Made by a program: the position numbers and the translations under genes. The notes below the pieces were generated by a model. That model worked only from the letters and a program-made list of their open reading frames with translations. It searched no databases and was not told where the DNA came from. Positions 1-9,260 of a DNA stretch of 51,017 nucleotides are shown in pieces. This DNA comes from Patescibacteria group bacterium (GTDB lineage: Bacteria > Patescibacteriota > Patescibacteriia > Patescibacteriales > UBA12465): the NCBI GenBank assembly GCA_016938835.1, contig JAFGTW010000008.1, positions 1-51,017 on the forward strand, written 5' to 3'. Within the stretch, counting starts at the first letter, position 1. Each line of letters opens with the position of its first letter.

Positions 1-79
1 GACGAAGGTAAGACCGATGACAGGGACGAAGTCGTAACAAGGCATCCGTAGCGGAAGCTGTGGATGGATCACCTCCTTT
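1..79 (+). rRNA. rrs: 16S rRNA 3' end (truncated by window start)
   Basis: GAAGTCGTAACAAGG, helix 45 (ATCCGTAGC-GGAA-GCTGTGGAT) and the GGATCACCTCCTTT anti-SD tail. Confidence 0.97.
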
Positions 80-228
80 CTAGGGAGTATTTATCTCCTT
101 CATCATTGATGAAGAAAGATAATAGTCGACACTACACTTAGTGTAGTGAGTGTTATCGCAAGATAACACAAAAATATTATTCGAATCGGTGCCGATTAGA
201 CTCAAAATTTCGTCAAGCAAAACAGTTC

Positions 229-259
229 AAAAAAATCGCCTTTTTAGGCGGTTTTTTTT
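229..259 (+). terminator. Intrinsic terminator after 16S rRNA
   Basis: AAAAAATCGCC-TTTTTA-GGCGGTTTTTTTT hairpin with U-tract. Confidence 0.75.
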
Positions 260-279
260 GTGCAAAAAAGACAGAATAT

Positions 280-315
280 AAAAAAGAGGGCTCTTTTATT
301 AAAGTCCTCTTTTTT
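280..315 (-). terminator. Intrinsic terminator of trpB-trpS
   Basis: AAAAAAGAGG...CCTCTTTTTT inverted repeat just past the trpS stop. Confidence 0.65.
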
Positions 316-347
316 CATATCCAAAAATTGTTTTTACTCAAGAAATA

Positions 348-1337
348 TTATCTCACACCAATTGCCTGTCGTATCTTTTTCATCTTCTCTTCGGCAATAG
401 CTAGAGCTCTATTTTTGCCATCCTCCAAAACTTTTTCCGCCTCTTCATCACTAATGCTATTAAATTTTTCTTGGAAATTCTCCAAGAAATTAACCACCAC
501 ATCGGCTAAAGCCTTCTTAAACTCGCCATAGCCTTTTCCCTTATTATCTTTCACTAAACGATGAATTTCGCGATTACCTAAACGAGCATAGATGGTCAAT
601 AAATTAGCCAAAGCAGGTCGATTAATCGGATCATAATCAATATCATCTCCAGAATCAGTAACCGCTTTCATAATTTTTTTCCTAGCCACTTCCGGACTAT
701 CAAGTAAAGCAATGTACCCAAACTTACTCTCATCACTCTTAGCCATTTTCTTAGTTGGATCACTTAAACTCATTACTCTTGCCCCCTCTTTATGAACCCT
801 AGCTTCTGGTATAGTAAAGATTGCACCATATTCATTATTAAAGCGTTTAGCAATATCGCGAGTTAGTTCCACGTGTTGTTTTTGATCTTCGCCAACTGGC
901 ACAATTTGAGCATCATAAAGCAGAATATCAGCGGCCATTAATACTGGATAATCGAAGAGACCGACGGAGACACCGTCCTGTTTATCACCAGCTTTATCTT
1001 TATACTGTGTCATTTTCTTTAAATCAGCCATATTAGTGCCTGTGCAATTAAGTATCCAGGCTAACTCTGTATGAGCGGGAATTTGCGACTGCTGAAAGAT
1101 AATTGATTTTTTTGGGTCAATGCCGGCGGCCAAATAAGTTTTAGTAATATCAAGAATGCGCCGACGCAAATCAGCTGGGCTTTGTTTTACCGTAATAGCA
1201 TGATAGTCAACAATAGAAAAAACGCATTCGTTATCTTTTTGTATATCTACCCACTGACTAATAGCGCCAATGTAGTTGCCAATAGTTAAATCGCCACTAG
1301 GTTTAATGCCGGAAAATATTTTAGTCTCTTTTTTCAT
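348..1337 (-). CDS. trpS: Tryptophanyl-tRNA synthetase
   Basis: FSGIKPSG, TIGN (HIGH-like), YPVLMAADILLY, VPVGEDQKQH, KMAKS (KMSKS-like). Confidence 0.97.
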   Translation of the reverse strand: MKKETKIFSGIKPSGDLTIGNYIGAISQWVDIQKDNECVFSIVDYHAITVKQSPADLRRRILDITKTYLAAGIDPKKSIIFQQSQIPAHTELAWILNCTGTNMADLKKMTQYKDKAGDKQDGVSVGLFDYPVLMAADILLYDAQIVPVGEDQKQHVELTRDIAKRFNNEYGAIFTIPEARVHKEGARVMSLSDPTKKMAKSDESKFGYIALLDSPEVARKKIMKAVTDSGDDIDYDPINRPALANLLTIYARLGNREIHRLVKDNKGKGYGEFKKALADVVVNFLENFQEKFNSISDEEAEKVLEDGKNRALAIAEEKMKKIRQAIGVR

Positions 1338-1371
1338 AGATTTTGTAATAAGATAATACTTCCCTAATATT

Positions 1372-2592
1372 TTACTTTAATCCGCCTTCAAAAGCAATTT
1401 CTGGAAATTCTTGAACGGCATAATCAATATCCTTATCACCACGGCCAGATAGATTAACTACAATCACATCTTCAGGGCTTAAAGTAGAAGCAAGGCGATA
1501 GGCATAGGCTAAAGCATGCGAGCTTTCAAGGGCAGGAATAATGCCTTCGCGCTTACTGGTGTAGGCAAAAGCCTTAATTGCCTCTTTATCACTAGCGCTC
1601 ACATATTCCACTCTTTTCTCATCTTTTAAGTAAGCATGGAAGGGACCAATACCAGGATAATCAAGCCCAGAAGCGATGGAATGAACCGCTGAAGGACTAC
1701 CATCCTCATTCTGCAAGACATAGGTTTGCATACCGTGAATTGCCCCAGGCTTACCCAATGTCAAGGTAGCGGCATGCTGGCCGCTATCAAGCCCTTTCCC
1801 ACTCGGTTCAACACCAATCAATTTAACATCTTCTTCATCCAAAAAGTCATGAAAAAGACCAAGAGCGTTAGAACCACCACCAACACAGGCAATTAAATAA
1901 TTTGGCAATTGTCCAAGCTTTTTCTGACTCTGCTCACGCACTTCTCGACCAATAATACTTTGAAAATAAGCAACCATGGCCGGATAGGGATGAGGGCCAA
2001 CAACTGAACCAATCGCAAAGAAAGTATCTTCATACTCCTGCATATAAACACCAAAGGCACTATCAACAGCTTCTTTTAAAGAACGTCCGCCTTCTTTAAC
2101 GGCTACCACCTTCGCTCCCAAAAGCTTCATTTTTGCTACATTATCAGCTTGTTTAGCAATATCAATTTCACCCATATAAATTTCACATTCGAGTCCGACA
2201 ACAGCAGCTGCAGTTGCTAAGGCCACTCCATGTTGTCCTGCCCCCGTTTCTGCCATCATCTTTTTTTTGCCCAAACGCTTAGCCAACAAAGCCTCGCCCA
2301 AGCAATGATTAATTTTATGAGCGCCAGTGTGATTTAAGTCTTCTCTCTTAAAATATATTTTCGCACCACCTAAATCTGAACTGATATTTTTAGCTAAATA
2401 TAGAGGTGATGGCCTTCCCGCAAAATCTTGCAAAAGTCTCTTGTACTCTTGCTGAAAAGAGGTATCTTCTTTAATTTCATTAAAAGCAACTTCCACTTCT
2501 TTTAAAGCTTTCTCCAGAACTGGAGGGACAAGGCGACCGCCATAGCTACCATAAAAGCCATTTTTATCAGGTAAATTTTTGTAATTAGACAT
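1372..2592 (-). CDS. trpB: Tryptophan synthase beta chain (no trpA in window)
   Basis: [17 protein letters not shown] lysine motif, [30 protein letters not shown]. Confidence 0.97.
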   Translation of the reverse strand: MSNYKNLPDKNGFYGSYGGRLVPPVLEKALKEVEVAFNEIKEDTSFQQEYKRLLQDFAGRPSPLYLAKNISSDLGGAKIYFKREDLNHTGAHKINHCLGEALLAKRLGKKKMMAETGAGQHGVALATAAAVVGLECEIYMGEIDIAKQADNVAKMKLLGAKVVAVKEGGRSLKEAVDSAFGVYMQEYEDTFFAIGSVVGPHPYPAMVAYFQSIIGREVREQSQKKLGQLPNYLIACVGGGSNALGLFHDFLDEEDVKLIGVEPSGKGLDSGQHAATLTLGKPGAIHGMQTYVLQNEDGSPSAVHSIASGLDYPGIGPFHAYLKDEKRVEYVSASDKEAIKAFAYTSKREGIIPALESSHALAYAYRLASTLSPEDVIVVNLSGRGDKDIDYAVQEFPEIAFEGGLK

Positions 2593-2670
2593 ATGTTTTT
2601 ATATACATTAATTTGCTTAAAAACAAATTAAATAAATATTAAATAAATAAAATAAAAATACTAACGATAA

Positions 2671-2721
2671 TTAGAATCGCCAATATTCAGAACATCGATT
2701 GTAGAATATAAAATTTTTCAT
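2671..2721 (-). CDS. Possible 16-aa leader peptide MKNFIFYNRCSEYWRF
   Basis: Translated by hand between the T-box terminator and trpB; aromatic-rich, one Trp codon. Confidence 0.25.
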   Translation of the reverse strand: MKNFIFYNRCSEYWRF

Positions 2722-2733
2722 AAATTTAACAAT

Positions 2734-3006
2734 AAAAAAATCCCGTCTTCTCTGCCAAATATAAATTTAGCAGAAAGGACGGGATCTCCCGCGGTACCAC
2801 CTTTCTTATTTCAAGACTTACGCCTTCAAATCTCTTTCAACCTCTCTATCATAATATATGATGACAAGGTCTAAGCTATGATTACGGAGCTAGCCGGACA
2901 AGCACTAACGCACTTATCATCCTATGCGAATACGCATAAATTTATGCCCAACCCCGGCAATATTTACCGGGACATAAATATGAATTTTAAGATTGGCAAA
3001 GAATCA
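2734..3006 (-). promoter_or_regulatory. T-box riboswitch (probably Trp) with terminator/antiterminator
   Basis: Minus strand AAAGGTGGTACCGCG T-box motif (2790-2804) pairing with CGTCCTTT; overlapping terminator ATCCCGTCCTTTCTGC...GCAGAGAAGACGGGAT-TTTTTT; F-box-like CCGTAATC upstream. Confidence 0.88.
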
Positions 3007-3012
3007 ATGACA

Positions 3013-3041
3013 ATAGTAGCAAAAATTTAAACAAAAGTCAA
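3013..3041 (-). promoter_or_regulatory. Sigma70 promoter of the T-box leader
   Basis: TTGACT-17 nt-TACTAT with TG extension. Confidence 0.7.
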
Positions 3042-3050
3042 AAGGAAAAA

Positions 3051-3743
3051 CTAAATAACTTTCTTCAGATAAGCTAGCCAATAATTTCTTTTATACGACT
3101 GCTTTTTAAACTTAGCATAATTTGTTTTTTTCTCTAAGAACTGAATTTTAAAATATTTAGAATAAGTATTAATAAAATCTTCTCTTGAAAAAACTCTTTC
3201 CGTTAAACCCATGTCTTTATTTATATATGTATCATATTCTTTTCCTGGGTGTTGTTTTAATAAGACTTTGGCGTTATCATCACCATCCTTACACAGAGCT
3301 CTAACAAAAAAATGAGCACCATTTTTTAAAATGCGCTGAACCTCTTTTAAATAAATAGCTCGTTCCTTTTCATGTAAAGAATTGGAAGACATTATATCAA
3401 TCACTAAATCAAAATTATCATTTTCAAAAGGATATTTTGCCCCAATATCTGCAACTCGATAATCAACACTTATTCCTAATGATTTAGCTTGTTCTCGAGC
3501 AAGTCTAACTGCGGTCAATGATATATCAAAACCAAACACTTCATTATCTCCCATTTGTGCCAAGTAGTTTGAATGCTTACCGTTACCAGAGCCAAGATCT
3601 AAAATCTTTAAACCATCAAAAACCACGTGTTCATTTTTCTTTAAAAACTTGATGTATCTTTTGAGATCATTACGTGGCTCTTGACTAATTTGAATCAGCT
3701 GAGGTTTATTATATTCTTGTTCCCAAGTCTTTTTTTGTGACAT
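3051..3743 (-). CDS. Class I SAM-dependent methyltransferase
   Basis: ILDLGSGNG motif I, GFDIS motif II, FDLVI. Confidence 0.88.
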   Translation of the reverse strand: MSQKKTWEQEYNKPQLIQISQEPRNDLKRYIKFLKKNEHVVFDGLKILDLGSGNGKHSNYLAQMGDNEVFGFDISLTAVRLAREQAKSLGISVDYRVADIGAKYPFENDNFDLVIDIMSSNSLHEKERAIYLKEVQRILKNGAHFFVRALCKDGDDNAKVLLKQHPGKEYDTYINKDMGLTERVFSREDFINTYSKYFKIQFLEKKTNYAKFKKQSYKRNYWLAYLKKVI

Positions 3744-3858
3744 ATATTATTTAATATAAGAATAAAATCTTTAATATTTTAACACAGTAAATTTTTTATA
3801 TAAATAAGAGATTAATTCCTAAAAATAAAAAAACCGCGATTATACATATCGCGGCTTG

Positions 3859-3931
3859 CGAGGCGTAAAGGGCTCGAACCTCTAACCAAAGCCTTAAAAG
3901 GGCTCTGCTCTGCCAATTAAGCTAACGCCCC
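3859..3931 (-). tRNA. tRNA-Lys(UUU)
   Basis: Cloverleaf, acceptor GGGGCGT/ACGCCTC, anticodon arm GAGCC-CTTTTAA-GGCTT; promoter TTGACA-17-TAAGAT at 3952-3980. Confidence 0.93.
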
Positions 3932-4077
3932 ATTTCAAATGAACTTAATCTATCTTATTAAATTGATTACATATTGTCAAGTTAACATAAATCAGTAATG
4001 ACTAATGATTTTTTTTCATATTTAAAAATTATTTGACTAATTAATGGAATGTTCATACACTATTGCTATCTAAATAA

Positions 4078-4148
4078 CGGGGTGTAGTATAGAGGTAGTA
4101 CGCATGCATGGGGTGCATGTATCCCGGGTTCGATTCCCGGCACCCCGA
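4078..4148 (+). tRNA. tRNA-Pro(GGG)
   Basis: Acceptor CGGGGTG/CACCCCG, anticodon arm CATGC-ATGGGGT-GCATG, T-arm GGTTCGATTCC; promoter TTGACT-17-TACACT at 4033-4061. Confidence 0.93.
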
Positions 4149-4160
4149 CAAGTGAAACGA

Positions 4161-4255
4161 GGAGAGGTGAACAGACCGACTACTCGGTCTGTGTTCGGAA
4201 TCGAAATTCGCCAGTTGGCGGACGGCGAATCAGAGCAGCCCGACTCTGATCTCTT
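4161..4255 (+). repeat. GC-rich multi-hairpin element after tRNA-Pro with antisense T-arm copy
   Basis: Hairpins ACAGACCGA/TCGGTCTGT, ATTCGCC/GGCGAAT, ATCAGAG/CTCTGAT; GGAATCGAA (4197-4205) is the reverse complement of tRNA-Pro 4129-4137. Confidence 0.55.
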
Positions 4256-4401
4256 AATAATTTTTACCAAGATAAAACAAAAAAAATCGTCATCTGACGG
4301 TTTTTTTTGAATAGTTGCTAAAACAGATAATAATCATTATAATAAAGTAAGAAAAATATATCCGATTCAAGACCATGAGGTTATTGAATTTTTTAATATT
4401 T

Positions 4402-5892
4402 ATGATTGATTTTAAGCAAAAATTAGAGGAAAGTGATCCAAATATTTATAAGCAATCACAACTTGAAGAAAACCAAGTTATTTTAGATAAACTCAAGAAA
4501 CACCGTAAAGCAAAAAATTACTTTATCGCTTTGTTAGTTCTAGCTATTGTTTTTTCTGGAAAAATCATGATTTCTAGTTCAGGTGCTAGCCAATGGTTAA
4601 ATAATAATCCAATTATTAATTTAGTTAGCCATTTAGGTCAAAACTCTGATAATAAATTACAAGGAGAAGATAGAGATAAAATTAATATTTTATTATTAGG
4701 CATGGGCGGATCAAATCACGAAGGAGGCTATTTAGCTGACACTATTATGCTAATAAGTCTACAGCCCTCCAGTAAAAAAGTAGCTATGACATCTATTCCT
4801 CGCGACTTAACTGTGCCCACTGCTAACGGCTCTTGGCGTAAGGTTAATTCTATTCATGCTACTGCCGAAGCACAAGAAGAAGGGCAAGGTGGACCAACTA
4901 TGGCGGAAACACTCAGTTCAGTCCTTGATCTTAAAATTGATTATTATATACGTATAGATTTTGATGGTTTTATTAAAATTATTGATGAACTTGGAGGCGT
5001 CGATGTTGATGTTGAAAATACTTTAGATGATTATAGTTATCCAATTAGAGGAGAAGAAGAAAACCCTGATTATTTCGCTCGTTTTGAACATCTGCACATT
5101 GAAGCTGGGCAGCAGCATATGAATGGCTCCCTAGCCTTAAAATATGCCCGTAGTCGCCACGCTTATGGAGTTGAAGGTTCTGATTTTGCTCGCGCGAAAA
5201 GACAACAATTGATTTTAGAAGCTGCAAAAGATAAATTGCTATCAAAAAATAATCTTCTAAAACCAGGCATGTTAAGTCGCATTATTGCTGAACTTAATCG
5301 TAACATTAAAACTAACTTAGACGTTTGGGCCATGCTAAAACTATGGAACGATTATAAAGATGTCCAGCGAGAACAGATATCCAACACTGTTTTAAGTGAT
5401 GGCCCTGGTGGCTTCTTAATTGCCGGACGCGGAGAAGATGGCGCTTACATTCTAATCCCTCAAACTGGAAATTTTAATAAAATCCAAGAAATGCTTAAAA
5501 ATATTTTCGGAAATAATGAAAGCGTCTCTAATAATAATCAAACAAATAATAAAATAGAAACTCAAACATCAATTATTCAAATTGAAAAAATTGATAAAGA
5601 AATAAAAGTGGCTGTCTTAAATGGCACTTGGGTTAGTGGCCTAGCTGCTAACACTGCTATCAATTTACAAGAATACGGATTCAAAATCATAGAAACCGCT
5701 AATGCTCCTACAAGAGAATATACCGAATCCGTTATCTATGATCTTGGTTACGGCAAAGAATTAAAGGCTTTAGAAATTCTACAAGCAGCTGCTGATGCTA
5801 AGCTTGTTTACGATGCCCCTTCTTGGCTCGAGACCTATAAAAATAGTCCTGAACATCCTGACTTCATCTTAATCATCGGTTCTAATAAATAA
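4402..5892 (+). CDS. LCP (LytR-CpsA-Psr) family protein with C-terminal LytR_C domain
   Basis: N-terminal TM, INILLLG, DTIML, SIPRD, YARSRH, SDFARAKRQQ; C-terminal VAVLNGT..GLA; start moved to ATG 4402. Confidence 0.9.
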   Translation: MIDFKQKLEESDPNIYKQSQLEENQVILDKLKKHRKAKNYFIALLVLAIVFSGKIMISSSGASQWLNNNPIINLVSHLGQNSDNKLQGEDRDKINILLLGMGGSNHEGGYLADTIMLISLQPSSKKVAMTSIPRDLTVPTANGSWRKVNSIHATAEAQEEGQGGPTMAETLSSVLDLKIDYYIRIDFDGFIKIIDELGGVDVDVENTLDDYSYPIRGEEENPDYFARFEHLHIEAGQQHMNGSLALKYARSRHAYGVEGSDFARAKRQQLILEAAKDKLLSKNNLLKPGMLSRIIAELNRNIKTNLDVWAMLKLWNDYKDVQREQISNTVLSDGPGGFLIAGRGEDGAYILIPQTGNFNKIQEMLKNIFGNNESVSNNNQTNNKIETQTSIIQIEKIDKEIKVAVLNGTWVSGLAANTAINLQEYGFKIIETANAPTREYTESVIYDLGYGKELKALEILQAAADAKLVYDAPSWLETYKNSPEHPDFILIIGSNK

Positions 5893-5902
5893 TCTTAGAA
5901 AA

Positions 5903-7294
5903 ATGAAAAACGATACAGACAATCTACCTATAGTCGCTATTTGCGGACGAACCAATGTCGGTAAGTCGACTTTATTTAATCGTCTAACCGAAAAAAAACA
6001 AGCCTTAGTTTCAAAAATAGAGGGAACGACTAGGGACTGTAATATTGGTTTAGTATATTGGGATCGCAAAGTTTTTCGTCTAGTAGACACGGCGGGGCTA
6101 ATTGACGCTAATATTATTAGTGAGCGCAAAAAAACAAGTAGCGATATTGACGTGCTTGCGCAGCAACAAGCTTTAAATTATTTAAAACAAGCCCAACTTT
6201 TGTTATTTGTTGTTGATGGCAAAACCGGTTTAATGCCAGAAGACAGAGAGCTGGCTAGAGTGTTACGCCGTCAGCCTCGTTATGCAAATAAAATATTAAT
6301 GGTCGCTAATAAAATTGACAGCGGTAAACTTCGGAGTGAGGCCGCAATTTTTAATAAGCTAGGATTAGGCGAGCCTTGTTCACTCTCTGCTCAGACTGGT
6401 GCTGGTACCGGTGATTTATTAGATACTATTTTTCAAAAAATTGACTCAGTGGTTGATGATAATGCTGAAGACAAAAAAGAAATTGTAGCCAAGATGGCTA
6501 TAGTTGGTAAACCAAATGTAGGTAAATCTTCTTTACTTAATGCTCTACTTGGTTATCAAAGAGTTATTGTTAGTGATCAGCCTCACACCACCAGAGAATC
6601 CCAAGACATCGAACTGGAACGGGACGGTAAAATTGTTCACTTAATTGATACCGCCGGAATTTCTCGTCACGGACATAAAGGTAAGGGTCTAGAAAAAGAA
6701 GGTATTGCCTTATCTCTACAAAGCTTACAAAGAGCAGATATTGCTCTATTAGTACTTGATTTAGCGGAAACTCTAACTCATCAAGATGCTAAAATGGTAG
6801 AAGAAATTGTTAATCGTGGTAAAAGTTTAATTATTATTGCTAATAAATGGGACAAGATTGAAAATAAAAACCCTAAGCACTGGAAAGATGTAGTACAAGA
6901 TAAACTTCCGTTTGCTACTTGGGCTCCGATTATCTTTGTATCAGCTAAGACAGGCTCAAAGGTAGACAAAATTCTTGAAATTGCCCTTGAAGTAGCTGAA
7001 GCGCGTAAAGTTGAAATTAGTGAAACTCAATTAAAGAAATTTCTAAGTAGGGTAGTAAAAATTCATTTACCTGCTAAAGGCAAGGGTTTAAAAGCTCCTC
7101 ATATTTATGAAATCGCACAAAAGCGCTCCAACCCACCGGTATTTACCGTGCGTATTGGCTCTCGTGATGACTTACATTTTTCCTATGTTCGCTTCCTTGA
7201 AAATCGTTTACGTGAACAATATAGCTACATTGGCACGCCCGTACGAATGCATGTAATTAAGAATAAAAAGAAGCACGGCGTTAGAGAAGTTTAA
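5903..7294 (+). CDS. der: Ribosome biogenesis GTPase Der/EngA
   Basis: Two G domains (GRTNVGKS, DTAG, NKID; GKPNVGKS, DTAG, NKWD) plus KH-like tail. Confidence 0.96.
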   Translation: MKNDTDNLPIVAICGRTNVGKSTLFNRLTEKKQALVSKIEGTTRDCNIGLVYWDRKVFRLVDTAGLIDANIISERKKTSSDIDVLAQQQALNYLKQAQLLLFVVDGKTGLMPEDRELARVLRRQPRYANKILMVANKIDSGKLRSEAAIFNKLGLGEPCSLSAQTGAGTGDLLDTIFQKIDSVVDDNAEDKKEIVAKMAIVGKPNVGKSSLLNALLGYQRVIVSDQPHTTRESQDIELERDGKIVHLIDTAGISRHGHKGKGLEKEGIALSLQSLQRADIALLVLDLAETLTHQDAKMVEEIVNRGKSLIIIANKWDKIENKNPKHWKDVVQDKLPFATWAPIIFVSAKTGSKVDKILEIALEVAEARKVEISETQLKKFLSRVVKIHLPAKGKGLKAPHIYEIAQKRSNPPVFTVRIGSRDDLHFSYVRFLENRLREQYSYIGTPVRMHVIKNKKKHGVREV

Positions 7295-7415
7295 ATTATT
7301 TAAAAAAATTTTATTACCATTTTAAAATGTCCGCAAACAGCGGATATTTTTATTTTATCGTCATTTCAGCCTGAATGCGCTATAATAAATATAATTAATT
7401 TCTATTCTATTATTT

Positions 7416-7970
7416 ATGCAAATTATTATCGGTCTGGGTAATCCCGGCACAAAATACGCTCTTACGCGTCACAACGCTGGCTGGATCGCCTTAGATTTAT
7501 TGGCGGGCAGTGAGGACTGGAAAGAAGAAAAAAGATTTAATTCTCTAATTAAGGAGACTCCGGGATACTTATATATAAAGCCCCTTAGTTTTATGAATCA
7601 CTCCGGCGAAAGTGTATACAAAGCTCTTAATTTTTACAGATTAATTGAAAAGCACTTTTTAAAGGGCGTAAAAAAAGAACAGAACTTGCAGGACTGTCTT
7701 TATGTTATTCAAGATGATTTAGATTTGGACTTAGGGACCTGGAAAATCAGTCAGGACTCAAGTAGTGGCGGACATAAAGGTATTCAATCAATTATAAGCC
7801 ATGTTAAAACACAAAAATTTACCCGTCTTCGCCTTGGTATTAAAACCGAATTATTACGAAATCCTTTGCCAGCCGATAAATTTGTCTTACAAAGATTTAG
7901 CGATCAAGAACTAAAAACTTTAAAGACAACAATTGAGCAAGCCTCACCCGATTTTAAAGCCTTATTATAA
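7416..7970 (+). CDS. pth: Peptidyl-tRNA hydrolase
   Basis: IIGLGNPG, TRHNAG, SSGGHKG, RLRLGI. Confidence 0.96.
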   Translation: MQIIIGLGNPGTKYALTRHNAGWIALDLLAGSEDWKEEKRFNSLIKETPGYLYIKPLSFMNHSGESVYKALNFYRLIEKHFLKGVKKEQNLQDCLYVIQDDLDLDLGTWKISQDSSSGGHKGIQSIISHVKTQKFTRLRLGIKTELLRNPLPADKFVLQRFSDQELKTLKTTIEQASPDFKALL

Positions 7971-7985
7971 GCAACCATATACAAT

Positions 7986-8092
7986 AAAATCCCCTTAACT
8001 GCTCATACAAAAAGTTTAGAAGCGTCAATCTGCTAGGAGGAAAGCAAAAAAACACTAAACATTTGTACAAGCAGCCAAGGGGATTTTTTAAC
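7986..8092 (-). ncRNA. Candidate ~105-nt long-hairpin small RNA with anti-SD-like apical loop
   Basis: Long imperfect hairpin whose mismatches become G-U only on the minus strand; loop TTCCTCCT; promoter TTGACA-17-TAAGCT at 8098-8126. Confidence 0.5.
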
Positions 8093-8119
8093 TTTCAAGC
8101 TTATACAATATAGCCATTT

Positions 8120-9241
8120 ATGTCAAGTTTAGAAAAAAATACAAGCGAAAACTTATATTTAGCGGCGCTTAGCTCAATTACCGGCTTAGGGCCGAAACGT
8201 TTGCAAAAATTAAAGCAAGTGCTTAAAACTTGGCAAAATATTTGGGAATCTAATACTAATATATGGCAACAACTTAAAATACCTCCTAAAACACAACAAC
8301 TGTGGCAGAAAAAGAGAGAAACATTTAATTTTTCCCTCCTAGAAACATCCTTAGAAAATAATCAGATAACTTTAATCGATCAACAACATCCCAACTACCC
8401 AATAGCTCTAATGGATTTAGAATCTCCACCCTTATTGCTCTACGCTCAAGGCACTTGGCCAAAATCTAAAAAACAAATTACCATCATCGGTTCACGTCAA
8501 CCTAGTCCTTATGGTGAAGAAGCTTTAAAGATGATTGCTATACCTTTAATTAAAGCTGGATATAGTACGGTCAGCGGGCTTGCTCTCGGCCTAGACTCAC
8601 TCGCACATCGCCTAAGCTTAAAATACGGAGGGCATACCACTGCCATCATCGGCTCCGGTCTTAACAATATTTACCCACGTGAAAATAAGAATCTAGCTCA
8701 AGATATTATTAAACAAGGTGGTTTAATTTTATCCGAGTACTACTTAAATGCACCGCCGATAAAGGCAAATTTTATTTTGCGTAATCGCCTATTAGCCGCT
8801 ATTTCACCAAGCACCCTTCTCGTTGAAGCTAATCTAAAATCTGGCTCAATGATAACTGCTCGCCATACTCAAAAATTAAAACGAAAACTATATGCTGTGC
8901 CAGGAAATATTTTCAACCAACAAGCAGCCGGTTGTCATCAGTTAATTCAAAATGGCGCAATTTTATGTAATCAAGCTAGTGAGATTTTAGGCGTTAACTC
9001 CATGGAAACAAATATCCAGGCAGAAAATTATCTTAATCTTGAACCAGTTGCCTTAAGCATTATTAAACTGTTAAAAAAACAACGCTCCTCATTTTCAGAA
9101 TTAAGCGCCGATCAAATATCAGCGCTGCTTAAACTTGACACCGTGAGCACAAATAGTACACTAAGTATATTGGAAATGAAAAAATACATCACTCAACGTC
9201 AAGGTCGTTATTCAATAAACTCTAAAACGACCGAATATTAG
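8120..9241 (+). CDS. dprA: DNA-processing protein DprA/Smf
   Basis: IIGSR, VSGLALGLD, RNRLLA, VEA..KSGS..TA, YAVPG; usual position upstream of topA. Confidence 0.95.
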   Translation: MSSLEKNTSENLYLAALSSITGLGPKRLQKLKQVLKTWQNIWESNTNIWQQLKIPPKTQQLWQKKRETFNFSLLETSLENNQITLIDQQHPNYPIALMDLESPPLLLYAQGTWPKSKKQITIIGSRQPSPYGEEALKMIAIPLIKAGYSTVSGLALGLDSLAHRLSLKYGGHTTAIIGSGLNNIYPRENKNLAQDIIKQGGLILSEYYLNAPPIKANFILRNRLLAAISPSTLLVEANLKSGSMITARHTQKLKRKLYAVPGNIFNQQAAGCHQLIQNGAILCNQASEILGVNSMETNIQAENYLNLEPVALSIIKLLKKQRSSFSELSADQISALLKLDTVSTNSTLSILEMKKYITQRQGRYSINSKTTEY

Positions 9242-9260
9242 GTAATAAAAATACAAAGAT

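Noticed and set aside
4070-4310. ORFs 4070-4270(-) and 4104-4310(+)
   Set aside because: They overlap tRNA-Pro and its hairpin element and show no protein-like features
8069-8080. AAGCAGCCAAGG resembles the SRP (4.5S) RNA domain IV strand
   Set aside because: It sits at the base of the hairpin, the CAGG...GGAA-tetraloop partner is absent, and pairing favours the other strand
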